DNA of 64,000 nt from the human T2T-CHM13v2.0 reference genome, Homo sapiens (GCF_009914755.1 NC_060928.1), one strand, 5' to 3'. Shown: positions 24,953 to 45,539, numbered from the stretch's first letter. The notes: generated from the sequence alone by a model not told the origin. Translations and numbers: made by a program.

Positions 24953-27914
24953 TTTAGGGCATTTATACAACACAAGTGAATACAAATGTGTACAGACCTG
25001 CAAAAGTAAGGCATCCATATTCCTGCACTCATTTTAATACAAGCATAGGGAATAATGTAACGATAATACAAAAGCCTTCTCTAAAAGAATAGAGTGACAT
25101 GGATTTTATGAGAGTAAACATTGGGATTAGAGATGCAAAAGCATTTTTTATTCAGAGCATGTGACTTCATTTCTTATAGCAGGGATTTGGATAGAAATGA
25201 AGTTCACATAGTTGCAGTTTCTTGAATATTCACTTTTTGGGAGATTGTCTCCGTTTTGGCAAGTTAGAATGCTGTTGGATGCTGGGAAGAGCAAACTTAA
25301 ATGACGTAGAATCTAATCCCTCAATTTGCTGCTACTGACTTTGGGTTTGTAGCCTTAGGAAGAATACCACCAGATCTCTGATACGTCTAGCATTTTAAAA
25401 TTAACCTGTGCACTTGTGGGTTTAGGTGTGCAAACTTTTTTTTCTTCACTTTTCTGGAAGTTTTCCACTCCTAGTACTTTGGGCATGTAAGTGCTTTTAT
25501 ACCCTCATCAGACATAAGACTCTAAACTTCAAATGAGTGATTCTGATTGGCTTTTACCCACAGTATTAATATCTAAAGAAAGACAATTTTAGAATTTATT
25601 AGTAACATAAAATTTATATAAAAGAATGGTAAGATGAAAATTCTGATAGTAGCAGGCATACTATCTTTTCATGGTTAGTACTTAAAGGTTTTAAATTCAA
25701 ACTACTCACCCCAGTGATTTTCTTAAAAAGCAGAAAATTTGCTATTAACTTATTCTTCATCTATATTCCAAAACTATTTTATGTATTCAGAAATACATTA
25801 ATTTTATGGGGGATTTTTTTGAAATTTTTATTCTACATTTCATTACTATACTTTAAAATAAAATATTCAAAGGACAACTTCAAACTGTTCTAAAATTACA
25901 CTGTGATATTATGCTCTATCTCTATATAAATATACTAAGAATAATTGAATTGCACAGTTGAAAGAGGTGAATTTTATCAATCATATCTCAACAAAACTGT
26001 TAATAAAGGCAAAGAGAAAAAAGACAGCTTAGATAATATAGTGCGAAACCATTTAAATATTAAATGATTCCTTTTGTAATCCACATTCTAGCCAAGCCAT
26101 TTGATAAACACAGCCAGTTCTTTACATCTTTGGTCCTTGATCCCATTATGATGTATGCTGTCTACCTCCATTGTGCCCTTTGAATTCCTATCCATTCTTG
26201 AAGTCCCACCTAATGTCCCACTGTTTAAACAAATCGAGTCTGGAAAGTTTCATAAAAGAGATGAGGCTTTTTTATAAATGACCAGTGATTTTTCAGGAAA
26301 CTGGGGTTGAGGGAGAGGGATAGAGAGAGTGAATATATACGTTTATGTTTGGGATATATTTGCCAATATTTTAGCAAATAAAAAACAAAATTCAATACAG
26401 AATTTTTATGCTGCCAAAAAGGGTAATGAATTTGTTTATAAAACCCTGTCCAATACATGTTTGTCGTATGACTATAACGTTAACTGACATCATTGGGGAA
26501 TGAATTTTTCAGATACCTGACATTTGCCTCTAGCTAGAATATCATTTAAAAAATTATTATTAATAGGAAACATGCAGAATATGATTATTTAGTTTCCCCT
26601 GGAAACCTTCAGTTTTGTTCTTCAGTACTTGAGAGGCAAAAAGCCAAAGCTGACAGATTAGGACAAAAGGGAGGGATGTAAAAGTAGAAACAGAAGAAAT
26701 AGGATCAACGACTGATAAAATAAACAAGAAATAAGGGGATAACCACAAGTTTGGAAATTCTGCATGTGTCACTCCAGACATAGACTTTCTTCCCAATATT
26801 ATTCAAGACCTGTGGGTTACAAATAGAATTTGTATAATAGTCTCAAAGTCCATAATAATGCAGGTCTATATCCTGTCAGGGGTAAATCTCCTACACATAT
26901 TAATGTCACCTTAGAGCATCACTGAACTACAATGTAGTGCAACCAAAGTACTGAAAAGAGCATTTAAAACTGCAAAATGCTGTGCAAATTATGCCATGTG
27001 ATTTCCATAATAACATTTAGCAAGGTTTCATTCTACTCTGAAGAATAAAGTCTATTAAAACCTAAAATGTATAGTATATTTTAGGAACATTGTTATCAAA
27101 AATAGTTAAAATTTTAACAAAATATCTATGCTCAAGAGATATGAATCAATGAATTTGTACCAATTTTTCTTGCACATTTTTTCTCTAAGAAATCAGATAA
27201 ATGAGATTTGGTATAGGCAAGGAATCATCAGTCTTTCTGAAATCATACACTAGGTGTTACTAGATACACTAAGTACCACTAGAATTAGAAGGAATAGGAC
27301 CAGACATAAAGACTGGACATGCTTCTTATCAGGCCACAGATAGTATCTTGCCAAATCTTTTCAGGGTATAGTATACTTGATCTAAATCTAGTAGACAAGT
27401 AATAGTCTTCAGGTTTCTTGTGAGTGACTAGGAGCAGATCATGAAGGCGGTAAATTGACCTACACATTATTTTAGAAGAATTGTCTAAAATTCTTATAAT
27501 CTATTCTCTCTTTTAATGGGATAATTTATAGCTACCCATAAGGAGGAAATAGAACCAAATTGGATGTCAGGAAACTAGCATTCTAGACCCATAGCTACCA
27601 CTATTTAGTTGTATGATCTTATCACTTAAGAGATACCATCCCTGCATCAAAAATAGTATTTGTTTAATGTAAGATAGTACATAAGTAAGAAATTCTGAAA
27701 GTATAAATTCCTCAAATCAAGATTTAAAGTGAAAAGGAATACAAAGACTATATAATAAAATACATTCATTTCTTTCTCAAGATATTTCACCTTAAAAGTT
27801 ATTTAAAGTACTTGATAGCTTAAAATAATTGAAAGAGCAGAAAGTATAAATTCAGAGCTAAGGGCAGCTCAAAAAAGTATTCATTCATTCCGACCAAGTG
27901 GGGAATTAAAGTTA

Positions 27915-29590
<1,676 letters not shown>

Positions 29591-29596
29591 AAACAG

Positions 29597-31213
29597 ACCC
29601 AGAGTAGCCAGTATTGAAGGGAAGAACAAAGCTGGAGGATTCATACTACCTGATGTCAGTCTTTACCGTAAATCAAGACAGTGTGGTATTAGCAAAAGAA
29701 TAGACAAATGGATTGATGGAACAGAATAGGCAGTCAGGAAATAGACCCACACAAATATAGATCTTTGGCAAAGGAACAAAGGCAATAAAATAAATGAAAG
29801 ATTGTCTTTTCAACATGTTGTGCTGGAACAACTGGGCCTCCACATACAAATAAAATGAATCTAGATACAGACCCTACACACTTTATGAAAATTAACTTAA
29901 AGTGAATCACGGACCTAAATGTCAAATGCAAAACTATATAATTCATAGAAGATGGCATAAAAAAGTCTAGATGACATTGGGTTTGGTGGTGACTTTTTAG
30001 TTGCAGCACCAAATGTAAAGATCTATTGAAGAAAGAATTGGTAAGCTGGACTTTATTGAAATTAAAAAATTTTGTTCTGCAAGAGATATTATCAAGACAA
30101 GGAAATGACAAACCACAGACTTGGAGAAAATATTTGCAAAAGACACATCTGATAAAGGAATATTATCAAAAATATGTAAAGAATTCTGAAAACTTTAAGA
30201 ATACAAACAACCTAATTGAAAAATAGGCAAATAACTTTAACAGACACTTCATCAAAGATAATATACAGATGGCAAATGAGCATATGAAAAGACGCTCCAC
30301 ATCATGTGTCATCAGGGGAATGCAAATTAAAACAACAATGAGCTATCACTACACATCTATTAGAATGGCCAAAATACAAAACACTGACAACACCAAGTGT
30401 TGACAGGGATGTGGAGCAATGGGAACTCTCATTCATTGCTAGTGGGAATGCAAAGTGATAGAGCCAATTTGGAAGACAGTTTAGCAGTTTCTTACAGAAC
30501 TAAACAACTTTTACCATATGACCCAGCAATTGCACCCCCTGATATTTTTTCCAAATGAGTTGAATACTTATTTGCACACCAAAACTTTCATACAGAAGTT
30601 TATAGCAGCTTTATTCATAATTGCCAAAACTTGGAAACAAACAGTATATTAATCAGTGAGTGAATGGGTGAATAACCTGTGGTATATGCAGACAGTGGTA
30701 TATATGCAGTGCTAAGAAAATTAGCAATGAAGCCATGGAAAAAGATGGAGGAATTTCAAGTGCATATTTTTAAGTGAAATAAGCCAATTTGAAAAGGTTA
30801 TATATTGTGTGTTCCAACTATATGACATTTGGAAAAGATAAAAACTGGAGACAGGAAAAGGATTAGTGGATTCCAGGGGTTATGATGGAAAAGGGAGATA
30901 TAGGAAGAGTCCAGAGGACTTTTAGGGCAGTGAAACAATTTTGTATGATACTATAATTGGAAATACATGTCATTACACATTTGTCAAAACCCATAGCATG
31001 CACAACATCAACAGTAAACCCTAATGTAAACTATGGATTAGGGGAGATAATGATATGGCAATTTGGTTCATCAGTGATGACAAACGTACTACTCTGGAGG
31101 ATGTTAATAGAGAGGGAGATTGTATGTGGTATCAGAGGGTACATGGGAACTCTCTGTACGTCCTGCTTAATTTTGCTGTGAATTTAAAACCGCTCTAAAT
31201 AATAAAGTCTATT
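29597..31213 (+). mobile_element. L1MC1-like LINE-1, ORF2 3' remnant and 3' UTR
   Basis: ORF2-like 'aacaaagctggaggattcatactacctga'; 3' UTR 'tttgtcaaaacccatag...aaccctaatgtaaactatgga...aataaagtctatt'. Confidence 0.85.
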
Positions 31214-33041
31214 TCATTGCTGCTCTGGACATAGCAGTGGGCTGCGGCTCACATTGTAAATTTTAGCTCCAGATCGACCGCAAGAACAAATCACCAATTC
31301 CAAGAGGACCCACAGACCCTCTGAAGGAAGAAGACTGCTCCTGAAGGACCCTGGAGACCCCCCAAAAACTGAGTGCCCTAACTGCGGGAGTAGGAAAAGG
31401 AGACCCTCCTCTCCCAAACACACACCCCCACTGGAGAAGCTGAAGGTCTGTTTGCAGGAGAAGTTTCTAACTTTACCTGGAGCTGAGTTAATTTGGAGAG
31501 TTGAGTGAAGTATAGGGGTAGAGGAAGCAGCAGAAAGGCCCTGGGAGCTCACTGGGTCCCCTCGCAGCCCATTCCTGCCTGACACCACAGGGATCCAAAG
31601 GGAGAGGAGCAGGGGGGTAAAACTACACAGGGAGAAGAAAATCTCTAGCTGAACTTTGCAACAATTTCAACGGGGTGAGAAGCCTCCTGGCCATAACTTG
31701 GGGGAGGGTGCAAATCCAGTGTGCAGACTCCACAATGGGGAAGAACCAAGCCCTTTTCTTTCCCAGGTGGGAGGCAGATAGCCTGGGGCAGGTTTTCAAG
31801 CCCATATTGCTCCCCACCTGGAAACAGTCTGGGGGCTGTTGGTGGGGGCAGGGTGGGAGTGAGACCAGCCCTTCGGTTTTCATGGAAGCTGGGTGAGGCC
31901 TGTGACTGCTGGCTTTTCCCCACTTCCCTGACAACTTGCATGACTAAGAGGAGGCAGCCATAATCCTCCTAGGGACACAACTCCAGTGACCTGGAATCTC
32001 ACCCCATCCCCTACAGCAGCTGCAGAAAGACCCACTCAAGGAGAGTCTGAGCTCAAACACATCTAGCCCCTCCCCAACCTGATGGTCCTTCCCTATCCAC
32101 CCTGGTAGCAGAAGTCACAGAACATATACTCTTGGGGGTTCTAGGGCCCTTCCCACCACCAGTTCCTCCCCATAATACCACAGCTGATGCGTTCTGGAAA
32201 GTGCCACCTCCTGGAAGGAGGCCAACCAGCACAAAAATAGAGCATTAAACCACCAAAGCTAAGAACCTTCATGGAGTCCATTGCCCACCCCCTCCACCCC
32301 ACCCCCCACCCCCACGCCACCTCCACCAGAACAGGCACTGGTATACACAGTTGAGAGACCCAAAGACAGTTCACATTATAGGACTCTGTGCAGGCAATCC
32401 TCAGTACCAGCCCATAGCTGGGTAGACTTGCTGGGTGGCTAGACCCAGAAGAGAGACAACAATCACTATACTTCCGCTCACAGGAAGCCACATCCATAGG
32501 AAAGGTGGAGAGTACTACATCAAAGGAATACTATGTGGGACAAAAGAATCTGAACAGCCTTCAGCCTTAGACCTTCCCTCTGACAGAGCCCATCCAAATG
32601 AGAAGGAACCAGGAAACCAAACATAGTGATATGACAAAACAAGGCTCTTCAACACCCCCCAAAAATCACACTAGTTCACCAGCAGTGGATCCAAACCAAG
32701 AGGAAATCCGTGATTTACCTGAAAAAGAATTCAGGAGGTTAGCTATTAAGCTAATCAGGAAGGTACCAGAGAAAGGTGAAGTGCAATGCAACGAAATCCA
32801 AAAAGTGATACAAGAAGAACAGTCAGCAGAGTAAACAGACAACCCACAGAGTGGGAGAAAATCTTCACAACTTATACATCTGACAAAAGACCAATATCCA
32901 GAATCTACATCGAACTCAAACAAATCAGTAAGAAAAAAAAACAATCCCATCAAAAAGTGGATTAAGGCCATGAATAGACAATTCTCAAAAGAAGATATAC
33001 AAATGGCCAACAAACATATGAGAAAATGCTCAACATCATTA

Positions 33042-33436
<395 letters not shown>

Positions 33437-33749
33437 AAGAATGGCCATAATCAAAACATCAAAAAACAGTAGATGTGAGCGTGGATGCAGTGAACAGGAA
33501 ACACTCCTGGTGGGAATATAAACTAGTAGAGCTGCTGTGGAAAACAGTGTGGAGATTCCTTAGAGAACTATAAGTAGATCTACCACTGGATCCAGCAATC
33601 CCACTACTGGGCATCTACCCAGAGGAAAATAAGTCATTATTCAAAAAAGATACTTGCACATGCATATTTATAGCAGCACAATTCACAATTGCAAAATTAT
33701 GGAACCAACCCAAATGCCCATCAATCAACAAGTGGATAAAGAAACTGTG

Positions 33750-33751
<2 letters not shown>

Positions 33752-33796
<45 letters not shown>

Positions 33797-33950
33797 CATT
33801 TAATATATATTCCATTTAAGATATATGTGGCATATATATATATATGCCACATATATATGTGCATATATATATATATGCCACATATATCTTAAATGGAATA
33901 TATTTAAACAGAATATATATTAATTTATATATATTAAATGGAATATATAT
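33752..33950. repeat. (TA)n tract with nested AT-rich palindrome
   Basis: (TA)~21, then an inverted repeat at 33805-33903 (49 pairs, one bulged C). Confidence 0.9.
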
Positions 33951-34667
33951 GCACAGTGGAATACTATGCAGCCCTAGAAAGGAATTAATTAACAGCATTT
34001 GCAGTGACCTGGATGAGATTGAAGACTATTATTCTAAGTGAAGTAACTCAGGAATGGAAAACCAAACATCATATGTTCTTACCGATATGTGGGAGCTAAG
34101 CTATGAAGATGCAAAGGCATAAGGATGCAATCAACTTTGCAGACTTGGCGGGGAAGAGTTGGGGGTGCTGAGGGATGGAAGACTACAAGTATGGTGAAGT
34201 GTATACTGCTCAGGTGATGGATGCACCTAAATCTCAGAAATCACCACTAAAGAACTTACTCATGTAACCAAATACCACCTATACCCCAATAAATTATGGA
34301 AAAATAGTGATAATAATAGATAAAAATTATAAAGAGTGAGTAAAGGCAACTCTTTCTAAAAATCTGTCAGTGAAAAGGAGATTATAAGGAAAACCATAGA
34401 TATGGACCAAAAAATATTTTTTGATTTCTAAAAGCATTGATTGGTATAAGGTTTTAAGATCCAGGTTGCTTTTAAGGCTTTCCTGGAAATTTCCTATAAA
34501 TCAGGAAGAAAGGAAAGAAAAATGATAATTCCAAAGTTATGTAAGGCTACCGGAGAATATTCACAAATATGATAATTTAAGTTTCAAAAATAAGTTAGTC
34601 TTACATTTTGCATGGCCAAGTCTACTGAATAACTGATGATTAACATCTGTAAGCCAATCCTCTAAAA

Positions 34668-35214
34668 CAGAGATCCCCAGTCCCTGAGCCACAGACCTGG
34701 TACCAGTCCATGGCCTGTTAGGAACTGGGCCACAGAGCAGGAGGTAAGCAGTGGGCAATGGAGTGAAGCTTCATCTGTATTTCCAGCCGCTCCTCATCAC
34801 TCACATTACTGCCTGAGCTCCAGCTCCTGTCAGATCAGCAGTGGCATTAGATTCTCACAGGAGAGGGAACCCTATTGTAAACTGCACATGTGAGGAATCT
34901 AGATTGCATGCTCCTTATGAGAATCCAGTGCCTGATGAACTGTCACTGTCTCCCATTACCCCTAGATAGGACTATCTAGTTGCAGAAAAACAAGGTCAGG
35001 ATTCCCACTGATTCTATATTATGGCGAGTTGTATAATTATTCCATTATATGTTATACTTACAATGTAATAATAATAGAAAGAAAGCGCACAATAAATGTG
35101 ATGCATTTGAATCATCCCCAAACCATCTCCCCCTACCTTCACCACCCTGCTGTCCATGGAAAAATTGTCTTCCACAAAACTGATTCATGGTGTCAAAAAG
35201 GTTGGGGACATCTG
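34668..35214. mobile_element. MER1A (hAT-Charlie) with perfect 8-bp TSD
   Basis: Terminal inverted repeats cagagatcccca...ttggggacatctg; CTCTAAAA at 34660-34667 and 35215-35222. Confidence 0.93.
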
Positions 35215-35563
35215 CTCTAAAATGAAAGGATTCATTTGGATAAAATTGTATTAGATGTACTGAATATTTTCTTGACTTCTTAAATCGAATGTACTACTGC
35301 TTCTATGTTATATGTCTCCATCTGCTCTGTTTTTATATATATATTTTTTAATTTTATTATTATACTTTAAGTTTTAGGGTACATGTGCACAATGTGCAGG
35401 TTAGTTACATATGTATACATGTGCCATGCCAGTGTGCTGCACCCATTAACTCGTCATTTAGCATTAGGTATATCTCCCAATGCTATCCCTCCCCACTCCC
35501 CCCACCCCACAACAGTCCCCGGAGTGTGATGTTCCCCTTCCTGTGTCCATGTGTTCTCATTGT

Positions 35564-39173
<3,610 letters not shown>

Positions 39174-39964
39174 CTAATGAGATGAACCCGGTACCTCAGA
39201 TGGAAATGCAGAAATCACCCGTCTTCTGCATCGCTCACGCTGGGAGCTCTAGACCAGAGCTGTTCCTATTCGGCCATCTTGGCTGCCCTGTTTTTTTATA
39301 TTTTTTAAACTTCATGATTCTTCTTTTAAAAGTGTTCCTCCCTTTCTCATTGCTACAAAAAATTATTTTCATTATAAAAAGTGAGTCACTTTCTAATTTC
39401 CTTTTACAAGATATTATGTACTTCTAGATGTTAGAATGCTGTGTAACATAAAGGAAAAATGATGAGAAAGAGAAAGAGACTGAGACTTATTCTACTGAGT
39501 GAGTAATATTCATGTGTATTCCTTTTTGGTATCTTTTGCATTCTGCTTGAAAATTGGGTGTATGTTCCATTATGTTTGTATTTTCAATGATTATAGTGTC
39601 TGGCACATGAAAGATCCTAAAAATACTTGCTGAGGAATTGTCATGAACAAAAGGCTAATTTTTTTGTCTTGGTTAGATAAGGTATTCCTTGTTTTCTCCT
39701 ACCTATATAATTAAAGCACAAGCCCTATTTTGTTTCCAATAAAAAAATTATGCCAATTATACACTTAATTAGATAACATGAGGAAATTCCTTGACACGTA
39801 TGTCTTAATCCACAGGTAGGGTAGGCTTTAAGAGAATGATAGAACGTAAACTTCATGAGGGTAGAGATTATTTCTTTATTTTTTTTCCTAGTGTAGCCTT
39901 ACTCTGCCATTTGTTCTTGCTTGCTACACAATTAGTGAGGCATAAAATGGATTTTGGATAGGCA

Positions 39965-40085
39965 ATCAAAATGCTCACTTACCTTCCTCACAAGGTTGTT
40001 GTAAGGATGGAAGGAAATCATGCATACAGAGAGCCTATGTAAGTGTCTTTGTGTAGCGAGCACTGTATACATGTTGATGACGATT
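39965..40085 (+). mobile_element. MIR 3' fragment
   Basis: 'cttaccttcctcacaaggttgttgtaaggat...gcatacagagagcct'. Confidence 0.6.
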
Positions 40086-41419
40086 ATTGATATTCCCATC
40101 AGCAAATCTATACTTTTATCATTTTTAAAATATATTTAATGAAAATAAACAGTGGAGCAAAAAACAAACCCAAACTGGACTTCATGTTACATGATTTCAA
40201 CTTGTAATGTTTTATTTTACATCTATCAAGGAGTTTAGTTGAGAGAATTGAAGAAAGGGAGTCATCTTGAAGACCTTGCTATTACAAGGGAAGAGAATAA
40301 AGATAAAGCAACAATGATGGGTGTACAGGAAGGAGAGTTTTGGATTTATGGAACTCTGATTTTTCTAAACAGATGTCCTCATCATGAAAGTTATTGTAGT
40401 CTCCACTTAACCAGATGGGATACCAAACTCCCTGTTGTGTTCAGAACTGGCAGGGCTCATTAAGTTGGCTTTAAACTGGGTATTAAGGGAGGATCTTTTG
40501 CTTAGCTCGAATAATCTCAACATGCACAATGGAGAGAAGAGGGAGTTCTACAAGCAGAGATAAAATATAAGATAAGTGATAAGTAATATTAACATACTGG
40601 ACTTAATTGTCTATAAGTAACTACAAAGTAAATGGGAAATTAAAAAGATTAACTGGAAATGTTTCTATGTAATGGAGAATATGACCTAATGAGCACAACA
40701 AAAATAGAAAGGTAACATTTCCTTATTGGAATGTCAAAACTTATAGTTGAAATATACTCCATAGAGAAGACTGAGAGGAAATTAAACTTGAGGACAAAGC
40801 ACTGTAGCATATGAGATACAAAAAGCAGAATAAGAATGCCTTGTCATTCAATAATGGTAATAGCTGGAAACACCTTTTGATTAGAGATATAAAAGTTGAA
40901 AATAAAAACCTGTGATTGGTATATGCTTAAATATAAATAATTGGAAGGTCAGTTCTTTTGTGTTTAAAAATACCTGGACCAGGGGGTGTTTCAGACATGT
41001 TAGTGTGAATATATAGTGGAAGGTCACTACTTATTTAGATATCAAATGAGGAATGTCAGTTGATAGACACAGAGCCATGAAATATTTATTGAGTTTGGTG
41101 TTGGTAATCATGAAGGTTATTTTTTAATTTGGAAATTTAAAAAACCCATAAAGATGCTAGACTTATTTTATGAAAGAAGATCTATTTTAGTTTATTGGAC
41201 TTACTTTACTAAATGAGTTTTACAAGGGCATGTATAGTTAACAAATTTAATGAAGAAACAATGGGTGATTAGATACTACCTACCTGATCTCTGATAAGGA
41301 ATAAACTAGTTTATTAGCCTAGCTTTAATTTCCAGATATTGTGAGAAGCAGCAGATCTAGTACTATTTATGATTGGTATAAAATATCAAATATTCATAAT
41401 GGCTACTTAATATATTGTA

Positions 41420-41500
41420 AGCACAGGTTTAAATTTCTCTATCTGTGATTGTAAATTAAGTAGATTATTAGTCTCTCTAAAACTCATTTTCCTAACCTAC

Positions 41501-41563
<63 letters not shown>

Positions 41564-41680
41564 TAATGGGGATAATATTACTTACCTGGTTTTTTTGTTG
41601 TTGTTGTTATATAAGATAATGCTTTTATAACTTTAGTATAGTTTTGGGGACATAATGGGAACTAAATGAATGATAGCTAA
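41420..41680 (+). mobile_element. MIR containing a (TA)n(CA)n microsatellite at 41500-41563
   Basis: 'ctcattttcctaacctac[...]ataatggggataatattacttacct'. Confidence 0.65.
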
Positions 41681-42559
41681 AAAAATTTAATATCACAATT
41701 ACCAAAATTAATTAAACCAAACTTTATTCTGGAAATTTGTAATTATAAAGAGAAAAATAAACAATAGTAGTTTGCATCTAAGCATACTGTTAGTCTTTGC
41801 CAATCTTAATTCATTAATGAAGCCAGTCTTTGGGAATGAATTTGCCTCCACCAAAGAAAAAGGGGAACTGAAGCTGAAGGAAGTTAAATCATTTGTCCCA
41901 AACCACAGATTAGTGAGAATTGTTCTGAAACAATATTTGGAAGTTTCTAAAGTATTAAGTTTGTAAACTTCTATGTCTTTTACAGATATTAAACAATCTT
42001 CTTTAAAAATATATCTAGGAGTTGAAGACAAAGGAATTATACTCTCTCAAGAGACAGAAAAAATATTTTAAACACTTAAATATATACGTTCCTTAACTAG
42101 TAACTTGAGGATGAAAGATTTTAATTTTCTTTAGCTTTGTCAAGATAAGGATCTTAATTGATTAACAATGGTTTTGGTAATGTGTGCCTGAAGCATCTTC
42201 TTATTTTAATTGTGGGCAAGGGTACCCTGGGAATACAATCTAGGAATGAAGTACACAGCAAAAGTATTAAAATTATAGCTTCTGGCTTTGGCGCTAAAGA
42301 TAAACTAAATTGACTTGTTTCCTAACTCTTTTCTGTATTCAAGCTATAATTTACTGAGTGCCTATGATAGGCAGGTACCGTGGTAGCCTTTGGGTACATA
42401 TTGATGAGCCCAGTAGTTCAAGACTTCCAGGGATCAATTCAATTTCCTCTTTTGAAACATTCTAAAATTACTCTCTCAAATGTAGTCCTTTCTCCAATAT
42501 TCTTCTCCCTTTCTTTCCTACCAGATCTAAACATACCCAACTCATATCTTCTATACAGG

Positions 42560-42840
42560 CACACATATAAGAAAGTTACCTTGCAAAATCCTCGGCATAA
42601 AATGGTTCCATTTTATTATTTCTTCAAATGTACCCAAATTATAATCTAACTTCTTAGCTTGACACACAAGTCTTTCCAGAAACTTTCCCATTACCTCTCC
42701 AGTCTAATACTCCTCTCCTCCACACATCACTCTTACGTTCTAATGACACTGAACTTCTCACGACTCAATTGACATGTGATGCATGTTCATACCTTTAAGC
42801 TTTTGCTCCTATTTCCTGTCTTCACAATATGACACTTTCC
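42560..42840 (+). mobile_element. L2 fragment
   Basis: 'ctaacttcttagcttgacacacaagtcttt...tacctctccagtct...cactgaacttctc'. Confidence 0.55.
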
Positions 42841-43856
42841 TACTGTCTACAATGCATTCCTGAAATATTTGTAAAATATGAAATTTGAATAACTGGTTTC
42901 AATTTGAAATTAAAATTGGCTTCTTTGTCACTCCTGATGATTTCCAACTTTGCCTATCTTAGAACAATTATATGATAATAGGCTTCTTATCCTGGCACTT
43001 TTATTTTTTTTCCATTTTAAAACTTATTTTTATAAGAAAGTAAAGGTAATTTACAATTAAATAGCAAAATAATTTATCAAACTCTGTTGAACAGATAATG
43101 ATGATAAGATTACCCAAATGGAATGGTTGAGTGGCCTGCTGACCACTGATAGACTTGGTGATTCATTAAGTGGTTCTTTTGGACACTTAATGGCAATCTC
43201 AGGTTATCAGAATAAAATGAACAAAAAGTGAAATTGTTGCAAAAGTTGAATGAATTAAAATTGAGCACAGCCTCCATTGATAAAAACAACATTCATTTAT
43301 ATTATGTATTGGAGATTTTGTCAAGGACGTGATACATCTATGTAGTCAACCCAACAATGAGGTAGTTAACCGTAAGGATACATTTTAAAGAGGAGTAAGC
43401 TGATAGTGACCTAAGTCACAGAGTTATTTAGTGGCACAGTGAGGATGAAAATCCTGATCTTTTTTGTTCAAAAACAATTTGGAACTATTTCCTTCCTTAC
43501 TGTTGTTGTTGTTTTTCTCCTGTGCCTATTCAGCCAGTTATCATAGTTACCATATTATTTAGTTTTTGTTGGTTACTAGACAAGCACTAGAGTCTAGACG
43601 CTTCCAGAGTAGGGTCTGAATCTAAAGAAATTTGATATCCCCAAAGCCTTGCAGAGTTCATACACCTAGAACTGTAGTAGCGATTGTTGAATATAAAAAT
43701 GAATGGGTGAAGGAATTAAATACATATACATATGCATAAAATAAGGAGTGTTATATATAGAGCCAGAAGGCTGTTTTTGTTCTTCATATACATGTACATA
43801 TACATATTCATATACATATAGTTTATAAATATAGATATTTTCCTTATATATATGTA

Positions 43857-44025
43857 TTTTATTATTTATTTATTTATTGGAGACAGGGTCTCACTCTGTT
43901 GCCCAGGCTGAAGACTGGTGGCATGGTCATAGCTCACTGCAACCTAGAACTCCTGGGCTCAAGTGATTCTCTGGCCTCAGCTTCCTGAGTTGCTGGGATT
44001 ACAGGCATGAGCCACTGCACCTGGC
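43857..44025 (-). mobile_element. FRAM (free right Alu monomer) or AluJ right arm
   Basis: Single monomer with (TTTA)n tail and 'catagctcactgcaacctagaactcctgggctcaag'. Confidence 0.85.
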
Positions 44026-44642
44026 ATGTTCTGTTTTTTCACTAATTTATAGACATTTCGTATAGAACTAACTTGGAATACTTTTCTATTATCTTTCTGT
44101 AAGAAATATAAACCTAATTCTGCAGGTAATATTAAATAGGGAAGCATCTGTCCTCTTGCTTCACAAAAAGCAATAACTTATAAAAAGGAATGGGATGATG
44201 AGAAGATATGGTTAGATTGTCAGACTAAAGGTGTCTCTTATCTCAGCATTCTCTCTGTTACTAATGGTACCAGGGAATATTTTGAGGAAAGCAGAGATTT
44301 TCCTCTCCCAATTGTTGATTTCAAAGGGTAGAATAACATTTCCAAATTCCATTTCTAAATCTATTCTGTATATCTAACCTTTGAATTTCTAAAGCCCTCT
44401 TAAAACCCATGAATATTTAGCATCTGCAATCACACCACAAAATACAGATTCGCTGTTTACCTCCCAATATTTCATGTACTTGTGTTACGATCACAGAAAG
44501 CCAAGCCCTTCTAAGGTTCTCCCTTTTCTTGCTATTCAGGAATATGTTACTCAAGTTAGTTTTTATCTTTCTCATTTCCTCCATGTGTTTAAAGCCATAT
44601 GTGAGATTTCTAATTTTATGTATTCAATTTCTATTATTTTAA

Positions 44643-44925
<283 letters not shown>

Positions 44926-45539
44926 CGATTGTCTTTTTTTTTTTTTTTTTTTTTTTTTAAATCCCCTGTCTTCCTTGAAGAGAAGTGGCAAAAGGTTCAT
45001 GAAGTATTCTAGGCCATTGGTTTTTTAAATGTTTCTTAGGTTCATTTTGAGGCTTGAATATATCTATCCATACTATGATTTACTTAGTATTGTTCTTTGA
45101 ATTACAGTAGGGCCTGTGGTATAAGAAGGACAAAATAGGGCTATGTTTTTTTGTTTTATTTTGTTTGTATAGCAAAGCACCAACCACTTATAGTATGCAC
45201 CTGCCTTTCTTGGACAAATCAGGACAGTAGAAGACCCAAAGAAAATCTTTCCTACTTGACAGCTACTATTGCCATGCTCACTAATGTCTCTTTTGGACAC
45301 ATTGCTGCCACAAAATTGTGCTAAAGCAAGCATGATTTTGGATTATTTTTATTTCTGGCATGTTAGTCATCTGGCCCTTTTAATCATTTCTGAAGTTTTG
45401 GTCAAGCACAACACAAGAATTGCCATTGTTAACAATTTTATGAACATTTTTCTTTAAGTTCTAGCCAAATCTAGATTCAATTATCTTTGTCTCCTTCAAA
45501 GAATAAGAAGTATTTTATGTAGACATATTTTTATAGATA

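Noticed and set aside
31214-32497. Several 100-124 aa ORFs and GC-rich promoter-like DNA
   Set aside because: All lie within the L1PB 5' UTR, not a host promoter
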